DNA of 64,000 nt, from contig JBHGNT010000008.1 in the NCBI GenBank assembly GCA_043228905.1, forward strand, positions 4,340,001 to 4,404,000, in the 5' to 3' direction. Position numbers and translations under genes: made by a program. The notes beneath the pieces are model-generated. The model ran no database searches. It saw nothing but the letters and a program-made list of their open reading frames with translations, and was not told where the DNA came from. The DNA comes from Azolla caroliniana. Lineage: Eukaryota > Plantae > Polypodiophyta. Shown piece by piece: positions 11,776-21,360 of this stretch (positions are counted from its first letter, which is position 1; each line of letters begins with the position of its first letter).

Positions 11776-14556
11776 TTACGGAGAATCACTACTATAACTA
11801 ATATACAATGACGATTCCTCCTCATCATCCTCGGATGTACCAATCAGTGCATTATCTTCGTCATAAACCAAATGGTTTGACTCTAGATTATATGTAGCAG
11901 ATCTCGTTTGCCTTTGACTTGAGCCACCTTGTAGACCTGGTAATTTTACTTTTATTATATCTATTGTTGACTTCCTTAATCGTCCGGCTTTTGTAAGTGT
12001 GAAGTCGTACACGATGATATCCACATCAGAGATATCAAGGGTCGAGGTGTTACGAATGTTTCGCTTCCTCTTCCTACCTCCCCTTCTTGTTTGGCATTCA
12101 ATCATCTCCAATGTATACTTACCTGTAAAAGCATTTGCACTTCTAGTGTTGTACCAATGAACATTTATAGACTTGATCGTGTTTTTTATTTCATGCATTA
12201 GCACTTCTAGAATTTTACCAACCCAAAATTGGTGGCCATGTGAGTTCTCATCAGCCGGCGTTGCAATCAACATCCCCGCGGTGAGCTCTTGCAAATTTCC
12301 TTGCCATCTAGCTTCGGCTGCTTTCGTCATCCTTGGTCCCACATAAATGTCTCTTTGTTGTGGATGGACCAAGCTGTCATTAATCGCATTTACTAGTTGC
12401 TCCGGACTTCTATTTACGCGATCATGTTGCAGCGACCATGTGAATGGCGTTTCCAAATTCCAATTATCAACAGATACACAATTGTCTATAATTTCTTTTT
12501 GATCACTATAAAATACATCCCACCATGACGTGTCTTGTTGTGCGGCATATTTCTTGGCGGCCTCAATATGCTTTCTTTTTTCTTCTAAGGCTTGGACCCA
12601 TGACCGTTTTTGTTCTGATACCAAGTCGCTCTGCAACTGTCCTTTCTTCTCAATTGGCATTTGCTTAGCTCCATGGACAATTGTACTCGGCATACAAAGT
12701 AATAACTGGCAACCACCTTCAGGTTCCCATGTTGTAGAAGATGAATATTGTTTAGCATACAAAAGTGTAGAACCACTTATTCCATTTTTCTTTATCAAAA
12801 AAATGTGATTGAAACTTATATTGTTTAACTGAGCAAGCACTTTAACATTCCCACCACCCCCATCTAATATATATCTCTTAAAGTCATATACCTCCTTCAA
12901 GTGTAACACTTTTGGGCGTGGTGTATAAGCATCACAAATGACATCAAATAGTTTAGGTAAAGTGAAAGCATCATGCCAAGACAACTGTCTGGAGAATGTG
13001 CTAAACATCTGATCTATATGGTCATGTGTGTGGCCAACCAAAAGGAAATTGACTTTCACTTTCCTAAACAATTCTAGGTTGACCAACATACTTAGATAGC
13101 CAAATACAGTTGAATTTTTGTTCTCTCTAGCAGTATTGTCCAATTGAATGTATAGAACAGGGGGGAAAGGTTGTCCCCAAGACATCAAAACTCGGTGAAT
13201 CACTGTAACTGTTAGGTTAGGGTCATTGTGAACATTGGGGTAAGTAATGAAGACGTGAGGTCGAACAGACCTATTATAAGCCAAGCATCCCACCAAGTGC
13301 ATTTGAACAAGGCACTCATCATTGACATCTTTGGGGAGCCTCCGCATATGCGGCAAGCATGTCTTCTTCTGGTCCATGCCATCTATCATTAAGCACATGT
13401 ATTGTTCGGGCCTCTTCAAACACTTCTCTCTATGATGCATCACCTTCCTTCGTTCTAAGGATTGTGCCTCACGATGCTCTTGTAGTAACTTCTTACTCGT
13501 ATCCTTTTCCATTGATGTCTTTGCACCTTTAGCCAAACTTTTAAGATTTGCACAAATGGAGCAATACCCCATATGTACTTTACGAGGAATAATAACATTT
13601 GAAAACCGAGCTCTCCATAATCTTGTGAATTGGCTATAGGTGATAGACTTATTACGTGAGCCCAACATATCAGATCGATAGACATCATAAACTTCCCGAC
13701 GTGTATAATTATCAGAAAGATGCATCCTACCTGTAGTGGGCATTACTTCACAATTTAACTGAAAGTAAGTTTTCATCCAGCCAATAGCTAGTCTTCCAAT
13801 TGCACCTTTCATACTTAGAACCTCTTTACAATTGAGCATCTGATCCCCGCTAAGTAGACGTTGTTGTACTCTATGTAGCCGCATGTTACTAACACATAAC
13901 GCAATTTTGAATGCAACTCTACATATCTGTTGCGCATGGAAGATATAATACTCGAATGATACTTTGATCCCCGTACATTTGTCAAATACTAGTTGCATAT
14001 GTGACCCGAGGTAAGTGTCTTGCTCATCACCGGTCATCGAAAAATAGTATCGCCTTAATTCTCGCAACTTTGATTTTCCAATCATAGACATACAACCACG
14101 GGCACAACATATTTTGTTGACATCAAATCCAATCTGTTTATCTGATGTCACCAAGCTAAATCTAGCCAGACGAATTCTTTGTGGGATTCTTCTAATATGC
14201 ATAGGGCTCCCAGATTTCTCTTCCTGCATAGAGGTTGGTGTAACCTTGTTACAGTCTAATTCTCTGTTGTGACCATCGCCAATGTTATTCAATGTTTCCT
14301 GGGCACTTCCTTCATTCTCGATATCTTTATTAATATCGTATTCTTCAATAGAGAACTCTTCACATGTGTCATTATTTACATTCCCTGTAGATGAGCTCAG
14401 ACAATATTCTTCGATAGAATATGGTGAGTCGGTCGACAGACAATATTCTTCAATCGAATATGGTGACTCTGTTGACAAACAATACTCTTCAGTAGAAAAC
14501 GATGGGTCTGATGACAAACAATATTCTTCAATCGAGAACGGTGAATCTTCACTCAT
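11776..14556 (-). CDS. Sola-like (DUF7869-type) DDD transposase, 926 aa, intact ORF
   Basis: Putative catalytic acidic residues in IDGMDQ, LYIQLDNTARENKN and FLLVGHTHDHIDQMFS. Cys motifs ICCARGCM, ICRVAF and CSIC..H. Lies inside TIRs with a 4-bp AWWT-type TSD, as described for Sola1. Confidence 0.8.
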   Translation of the reverse strand: MSEDSPFSIEEYCLSSDPSFSTEEYCLSTESPYSIEEYCLSTDSPYSIEEYCLSSSTGNVNNDTCEEFSIEEYDINKDIENEGSAQETLNNIGDGHNRELDCNKVTPTSMQEEKSGSPMHIRRIPQRIRLARFSLVTSDKQIGFDVNKICCARGCMSMIGKSKLRELRRYYFSMTGDEQDTYLGSHMQLVFDKCTGIKVSFEYYIFHAQQICRVAFKIALCVSNMRLHRVQQRLLSGDQMLNCKEVLSMKGAIGRLAIGWMKTYFQLNCEVMPTTGRMHLSDNYTRREVYDVYRSDMLGSRNKSITYSQFTRLWRARFSNVIIPRKVHMGYCSICANLKSLAKGAKTSMEKDTSKKLLQEHREAQSLERRKVMHHREKCLKRPEQYMCLMIDGMDQKKTCLPHMRRLPKDVNDECLVQMHLVGCLAYNRSVRPHVFITYPNVHNDPNLTVTVIHRVLMSWGQPFPPVLYIQLDNTARENKNSTVFGYLSMLVNLELFRKVKVNFLLVGHTHDHIDQMFSTFSRQLSWHDAFTLPKLFDVICDAYTPRPKVLHLKEVYDFKRYILDGGGGNVKVLAQLNNISFNHIFLIKKNGISGSTLLYAKQYSSSTTWEPEGGCQLLLCMPSTIVHGAKQMPIEKKGQLQSDLVSEQKRSWVQALEEKRKHIEAAKKYAAQQDTSWWDVFYSDQKEIIDNCVSVDNWNLETPFTWSLQHDRVNRSPEQLVNAINDSLVHPQQRDIYVGPRMTKAAEARWQGNLQELTAGMLIATPADENSHGHQFWVGKILEVLMHEIKNTIKSINVHWYNTRSANAFTGKYTLEMIECQTRRGGRKRKRNIRNTSTLDISDVDIIVYDFTLTKAGRLRKSTIDIIKVKLPGLQGGSSQRQTRSATYNLESNHLVYDEDNALIGTSEDDEEESSLYISYSSDSP
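14330..14550 (-). repeat. In-frame 39-bp (13-aa) tandem repeats at the transposase N-terminus
   Basis: SIEEYCLS(S/T)(D/E)SP(F/Y)-like unit repeated 4 times, plus a partial fifth copy. Confidence 0.9.
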
Positions 14557-15408
14557 GGCTTAAGGTCTAGATAGGGCTCTCTAAGTTATGTGCTTAGGGT
14601 AAGGAAAAAAACTAATAAGCTCCTCTCTAAACATATACTCCTCTCTAAACATAAACTTCTCTCTAAACAAAAGCCAAATCAATAGAATGTCTATATTATG
14701 TAATATTCTATTAATACAATACATCAAAAAATTATTTTTAATAAAGTAATTGTACTTAAAATATCAATTATTATATAAACTAGATCTATATGAAGTTAAA
14801 TCAAGTAAAATATAAAACTAATCATTAACAAGCCATGAATATGTTGGATTAATGTTAAAATCATTGGCTAATTAATGGCACCCATTTTGATATAGAACGT
14901 CTCACTCATTGGTTCTTTAATGCTCACCATTTTAAATATTAGACTTATCAATCATTGGTTAATTCATGCCAACATCTTTAATACATAACATTTGAGAGTC
15001 ATAAAATTTGTTGCTTTTAGTAATCAATCATTGGTACATTCATGAACCTCTATCATTGTCTCCTTCATAACCTTTGAAGTCATTGTAGGTTGTTATGACT
15101 ATAAAAGATTGATCAATATGTTAGTTTGACTTTGTAATCATTAATACAATCATAAGTTACTCTTGTTAATGTGACTATGGTTACCAACTAACTATCCTCA
15201 AAGTTACCAACCTTGGTTAAGGTGACTATGGTTACTTTAACCAATGTGTTCAATCCCTATAAATAGGAAGACCTCGTCATATTTCACTCACCAGAGCGTA
15301 CAGAGCGTACAGAGCACACAGAACGTAGAGAGCACACAAAGCACACAAAGCACACAGAGCACAAAGCACGAAAGCGCGATCTCCGCCTCCACTTCCACAC
15401 GATCAACC
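14557..15408. promoter_or_regulatory. Putative bidirectional promoter between the transposase and methyltransferase genes
   Basis: Head-to-head genes. CCTATAAATAGG TATA-like box at ~15258, four TCATTGG (CCAAT) boxes at ~14861-15035, a triple CTCTCTAAACA at 14620-14670, and 9-bp repeats in the presumed 5' UTR (15292-15370). Confidence 0.55.
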
Positions 15409-18400
15409 ATGTCTTCAAAGAGAATCAAGCGCGAGGACTCCAGGTAGGCCTCTGACACTTTGGACATTTTTGTAAATATGTTTATTTTCTCAAGAACTCG
15501 ATACGCCGTATCGAGTTCATGTATACAATACAAACTTTATACATGAACTCGATACGGCGTATCGAGTTCATAATTTGTTTTTGCTTTTTAAACAGGAACT
15601 CGATACGCCGTATCGAGTTCCTGTATATAAGAAGGCTTTGAGAGAGAAAAATTGTGTTTTTGGGGTAACAAATAATTATGGGGTGGAAAAGATATCAAAT
15701 TGTCTAGCAAAATTAGTCTTTTTTATGTTGACTTTCCTTACTTTTAAAAAAAAACATGCTCTAATTATAGGTGTTTTATGACCTACTTTAGCTTAAAATA
15801 GTAGAAAAGGATCCACAAATTGCCTTTACGATAGCAAATTCTCCTCAATATAGGTTTGGAATCTATATAAGTCATACCTACTATTTAAAAGAATATATAA
15901 CCCTGTTTACTTATTACGATATATATTTTCTAGGTTGAATAGCCCTGCCTATAATAGATTTTTGAATATAGGACTGCTACTGGGAACTGTTCTTCATGTT
16001 AATATACAACCTTAATCTACGTGACTACCTAACTTATGTTTTTGCATATACTTTCTTAAATAAGTCGTTTGAGAACCTGTCGGACCGACCCGTGAAGAAA
16101 ATAAAGCTTCGCATACAAGGTTCTCCAATCGAAGCCCAGACCAAGGTAGCTCCTGAGACCATGAAGAGAGGAAAAAAGCTTCTCTTTAACGAAGAGACAA
16201 AATCTCAGCCACATAGTGATGTTAGCCAAAAGAAACTTGTCGCCGCTACTGGAGGTGAAGACCTTCCTGACTGAGATCTAACGGACAAGGAATGGTGTAT
16301 GCAATATGTCGACTCAAAGAAAAAAGTCGTATTGTATACAGCAAAGAAGAAGGGTGAGGGGCAGCTTGGAAAGGAAACCCCATTTATGTATGGTCGTATT
16401 CTACGATTTGACTACGAAGATGCAGATTCGGCCAACATACTGGTAATGATAGAGTGCTCCAAGGGGGTACGTAAAGTGTTCCTTTCAGAAGACCTTTTAG
16501 TAAAGGAATCTTGTGGGCCAAAAGCGTTCAAAAAAGCACTTGATAGCTCACAAAACCTTATTGTTACCTTGAGGCCTTATATACAAGGCCATGTAACTCT
16601 AAGAGATGAAGTGCCCTCCCCATTGAAGGCCACAAAAAGGGTATCCAAAGTCCAGTCAAGACCACCAAAGAAGAAGACAACCAAAATGTCGGATACAGAT
16701 TCAACAAGTGAAAACGAAGAGGAGGATAATAAGGGGACGCCAGGAGCTGAGCTGGCCTCGGTGTTTTGTCATCCGAGCAGAATAAAAAAAGGAGAGAGTC
16801 AATGCAACGGAAACTGGTCAGGAAAGGGCAAGTGTTTAATTTGCCTATAACACACATCCATCGGCCCCCTATTGATGAAAAAACAGGTCGAAGACCACTT
16901 GAGATTAGAGAGCCTCACCGCATGCATGTTCAAAATCTCAAGAAAAAAATGAAAATTAATCCTCATGCCATTGTGGTGCCTTTTATTGTTATGGTAGATC
17001 CCGAAGAATGTGAAACCATTGAAGATTTTGATATTAGAAAGCATGATCAATATAATTATTTTGTCATTGGTGGATCGCATTCAGCAGAGGCACGTCGGCA
17101 ACTTGTGAGAGAACATCCAACCACTTTCTTCTTCAAGTATGCCGAGTGCAAAATTTATGTTGGGCTCACAACCGAAGAGGCTAAGCTGTTGGCATGGGAC
17201 CATAATAATGATAATGACTATAGGCAGAAAATGTCGTCCATTGAGCATATACGGTTCTTCCACCACGAGTATTTAGACGTGAAACAAAAGTTTGGTGTGA
17301 AGTTACATCCAGGCCTTCGACGTCAATGTCTGCATGAAGTCAGCATTGTGGTAGATGATAATGTTAGGTCCGATGGTCTTCGAAAGTATGAGTCTTGGTT
17401 TCAATTGGCGTTTAGAGATGGAGAAGTATGGGACCTACAAGATCAAATCTTCTCAATGTGGGAGAATAAGGAGGTAAAGGGTCAACGACAAAAGAAATGT
17501 AGGGTTGACCCTCAACTAGAGTTAAAGTCACAAGCCGCCAAGAAAATTGACTTGACAATTGAAGAAGCGGCAGATGACATGAAGCTGTCTCTATGGAGAG
17601 CGATGCAAGGTATTAAGGACGAGCAACTTCTTGTGTCGGTTTTGTCAAGGGTTGTGGCGAAAGATTTAAGCCTTGAAGAAATGGTCACTAAGTTCAATAA
17701 GTAAGTCTTTCAAATACTGAAATTGTAGTCTATCTGGTGTAATTCAAAGTTCTAATCTTGATTTCTAATTTTATAGTCATAAGGTGTACATGAAGATCCA
17801 AGAAGTTATGATGAAACAACTTGGATGTATAACTTGGGAACAAGTGACCGAGGATTATCCTCTAACGTCTTCGTATAAGGCGTTATCAGAGTATTTTATT
17901 GCATTCAAGGATTGGGTTAGTATTCATGTTTTTTCATTACCCTTTCATCATATGTAGAGCTTGCATAATAATACCTGATGTCCTATTGCTTCTATTAGAA
18001 ACCGTGTCGAGGCAAGAAACAAGGAGAAGTTAAGGATATACACGATTTCCCTACATCCTTCCTTGCACATCTCGAGCGAGCCAGAAAAGAAAAGGATCGT
18101 CGCGTAGTCAAGGCGTACGAAATGGAGGAAGATGGCTCCTTTAAAAAATTTAGCCACAAAAAAGATATTACGAGAGATCTTTACTACAATGTGGTTTGCG
18201 GTGATGTCATCGACTTGATCCAGAAGGTGCCAAAGAAGGAATATACGTTAATGATTGCGGATATTCCTTACGGATTTCGAATGGCTGGGTCATCATACGA
18301 CGATGAACCGTTTAGGTTTAAACAATTGGAGAAGATGGTCAAGGATTTCACTGAGCTAACGACCGCATCCTTGTGGCGAATAGTTGTCTTTCATAGTATG

Positions 18401-19288
18401 GACCAAGGGTACTCGGTAGCTCAAGCTTTGAGATCTCGTTGCCATGGGATCGAGAACCTTGCATGGTAAGGATTATTTATAGGTGTCTTTCACTATATTG
18501 CATTTCTTAAGGTTGTTGAATCTATTCTTAACTCGATGAATTATTTTTTATAGGATCAAGACCAATGTAAATAGAGGGCCAACTTTTCGGTTCGTTAATG
18601 CCATTGAATACATAACGGTTGGCTACTTCGATGAAATTAAGAAACAGAGAATCAAAGAGCATTCTAATGAAGTGGGAGGTTCAAATCTGTTGGTATATCC
18701 AGCAGTGACACGGAAATTGCGACATGTCACCACGACAGAACGGGGACTTGTCAACCCATACCAAAAACCTCAACGACTTATGATGTGCTTGATCGAGATG
18801 TTTTCTGTCGAAGGAGACTGGATATTAGATCTCTTTTTTGGCACAGGTATTCCTCGAACTAGGGTAACGATCTTGAGCTAACCAATCACTTTTTTTTCGT
18901 TTGACAACTAAATCTTCTTGTTACTTACATCACAGGAACTACGTCAGCATGTGCATTGAAGCTGTTTAGAAATACAGTTGCATTGGAGAAGGACGAGGAC
19001 CAAGTTATATTTATTAATATGCGGATTAAGGCTTTGTGGGAGTGCCCAGACCAGGATGAGGAGGTCGGTGCAAAGAACCTCGCCAATACAGAAAGGTTTT
19101 AACCTGCTTCGCGAGAGCCTATTCCTCCGTTAGCCGGCGAACCGGGGGAGCTAATAGAGCTTGATGATGAGCTTATCGAAGATATTTCGTTGGCTCGGCT
19201 AACAGGGGAAACCAATGCACGTATAGCCGAAGACAGTTCTACACAAGATGATGAAGAAAATGACGTTGATGAATTAATTGCTATTTAA
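15409..19288 (+). pseudogene. Multi-exon gene: ParB/Sulfiredoxin-like domain fused to a beta-class N6-adenine/N4-cytosine DNA methyltransferase (N6_N4_Mtase type); disrupted in this copy
   Basis: ParB-like core PFIVMVD...YFVIGGSHSAEARRQL. Methyltransferase motif IV IADIPY, then NPYQKPQRLM, then motif I WILDLFFGTGTT. In-frame GT-AG introns at 17701-17776, 17916-17998, 18466-18553 and 18847-18935. Lesions: TGA at 16272, a frameshift near 16750, TAA at 19100. Exon 1 (15409-15443) is tentative because its phase does not join cleanly to the next exon. Confidence 0.8.
15494..15624. repeat. Three palindromes GAACTCGATACG(C/G)CGTATCGAGTTC at 51-bp centre spacing
   Basis: Centres at 15506, 15557 and 15608; perfect arms of 12-16 bp. 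Confidence 0.95.
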
Positions 19289-20339
19289 TAGACTCTATGA
19301 AGAATATGACACTGACGATTTGTTAAGATTTCACATTATTAATACAAATTTTGGGTTTTACCTAGTGGATTCTATTCTTTATAATCTTCTATATGTTTCA
19401 ATTTTATTTTTATATACTTGATTAGTAGATTTATGACATTGGTTTCACCGCATGCATAGCTGACTACCAAACTTATGGAGAAACATGAACTAGTTTAAAT
19501 GGAGGCTGATTTTGGTCCAAGCTAACCTTAACAGAACATGGCCCTATAATTGTTGCCATGACTGTCCATGTTGTTATTATGGATCTTTGTCTTCTATTGT
19601 TAAAACTATTATGTTTCTATTCCATTGCTGCTTAGATTGTGAAGTGCGTTGATAATGGTTCCAGTTGCGTTATCGTTCGGAGTTTGATCTTGTGTGAATC
19701 ACCTAAGCAATAGAGTAGATCAATTTTAAATACAGGTATGAAAGCCTAATAGGTTTGTTATTTCCACGACATTATCCTAAAGTTCACTGCCTTACATTGT
19801 CCACAATTATAAACATATGGTTTGATCCCATATGAACAAACTGAGGAATAGATTAGATCAACTTTAAATACAAGTATTGAATACTTTAATAAGTTAGTTA
19901 TTCCAATCACTTATCCTAATGTGCACTATCCTACATTTTCCACAATTACATACATGCACGTATGGGTCAAAGTATAAATTATATCTCATTTTATTAGTAT
20001 GGATACAAGTACACCTCATATTTTTGTAAAACTTACCTAATTAATATAAGTCTTTAAGTTAGTGTTTCCCTTGTCGCACAGTAGTGACATATTGAGCCAT
20101 AGTTGAACTTTATTATGCCTACATTAACTTATCAACATGTCTAAACTTGCATGATTTCTAATGATCTTCACTCGTAGATCTATCATGTATTTTTATATTT
20201 GCAAATTCTCATCAAGTTGAGGAACATGTGATACTAGTGCATCCAATTTTTGTAGAGAGGGTGTATTTGCTTCGTTTTAAGAAGATTCTACAAGTGGAAT
20301 GCGCAATCCTTCCACTTGTGAACGCAAACGTGTTATATG

Positions 20340-21360
20340 TATGTTGTCTCATATTCTTGAACTCAGTTGGAGGGTGATTCCCCGATTTATGTATAAGCCA
20401 CCTTCCAAATAAGAATATACTCCATTAGTTAAAATGACCTACAATACGAGACTAGATAAATTCTGGAAAATGATATGGCATGACAGATATGACCGCAAGA
20501 TAATGATGTGTTTATGGCTTATTGCACATAGAGCCTTGCTGGTAGGGACGTGGGGTAAAGGCCCCAATGTAGACCCTAGATGTATTACATGTGGACAGAT
20601 AGAAAGCATTTCCCATTGTCTATGGGAATGTCGCAAGGCAGTGGTTGTATGGGGAAGGGCAATACGTTTGCTTTTCCATGCCTCTAGTTCGTTCACCCTC
20701 AATTGGGGACATGCTTGCTGGAACTGTCTTGAGGATGATGTGGTGAAATATAATAGCACATGCAATGCTAAGTATAGAGGGGAGAATGGCATGGTTCGGT
20801 TGATCATTGACAACAGGTACCTACAGCTTATGCACAGAATAAAAAACTTGGAGATCTTTGGACCTGCTTGCCCCCATTACCATATGGTGTATATGGACAA
20901 CAAGGTGTACCAGGGTATTTTTAACACACAAACGCTCTCCAGCTGAATCGATTAAGCTAATTTGGCACACATTAATAACTACACTAAGAGCTCAATATCA
21001 GCGGATTGCTGGTATTGATGATGTTGCAAAATTAATGAGGTTGAATTTTCGACAACAGTGGTGTACTACACCAATGGCCGCATCAAATGGAATGGATATA
21101 CAATGGAAGTATGAAATACCCAGATGGTTGTTCCCCCCTCCCATTAGTTGAACGAGGGGCGTGAAAGAGATGGCATGTGGGATAGTGAATGTAGGTGATG
21201 TGTATGAAAGGATGGCTAGAGACATATGTGAAAGTGTAAGATAAATAAGTGAGATCTCTTATGTAGGATAGGATAGTCTAGGCAAGGCCTACTCGTGAAA
21301 GGGATTGAGTGTGTGTATATTTTAACTAATGGAGTATATTCTTCTTTGGAAAAAAAAAAT
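20340..21360 (+). mobile_element. L1/Tx1-type LINE 3' fragment (zf-RVT domain) with A-rich tail
   Basis: WLIAHRALLVG...CITCGQIESISHCLWEC, then a frameshifted IWCIWTTRC..F; poly(A) at ~21350. Confidence 0.75.

Larger units (their letters stand above)
11418..20334. mobile_element. Full-length Sola-like DNA transposon carrying a ParB-methyltransferase cargo gene
   Basis: Left TIR AACACGTTCGCGTTCACAAGTGGAAGGATCGCGCAT (11418-11453) is matched by the inverted ATGCGCAATCCTTCCACTTGTGAACGCAAACGTGTT (20299-20334). A 4-bp TSD ATAT sits at 11414-11417 and 20335-20338. The element encloses the transposase and the methyltransferase gene. Confidence 0.9.

Noticed and set aside
13010-13045. HUH (rolling-circle) endonuclease motif in GHTH
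   Set aside because: TIRs, 4-bp TSDs and the D..DN..GH...D pattern fit a DDD cut-and-paste transposase. No catalytic tyrosine motif was recognised.
15409-19288. Bacterial contamination as the source of the methyltransferase
   Set aside because: The gene has spliceosomal introns, lies inside TIRs with a TSD, and has a paralogue embedded among plant retroelements.
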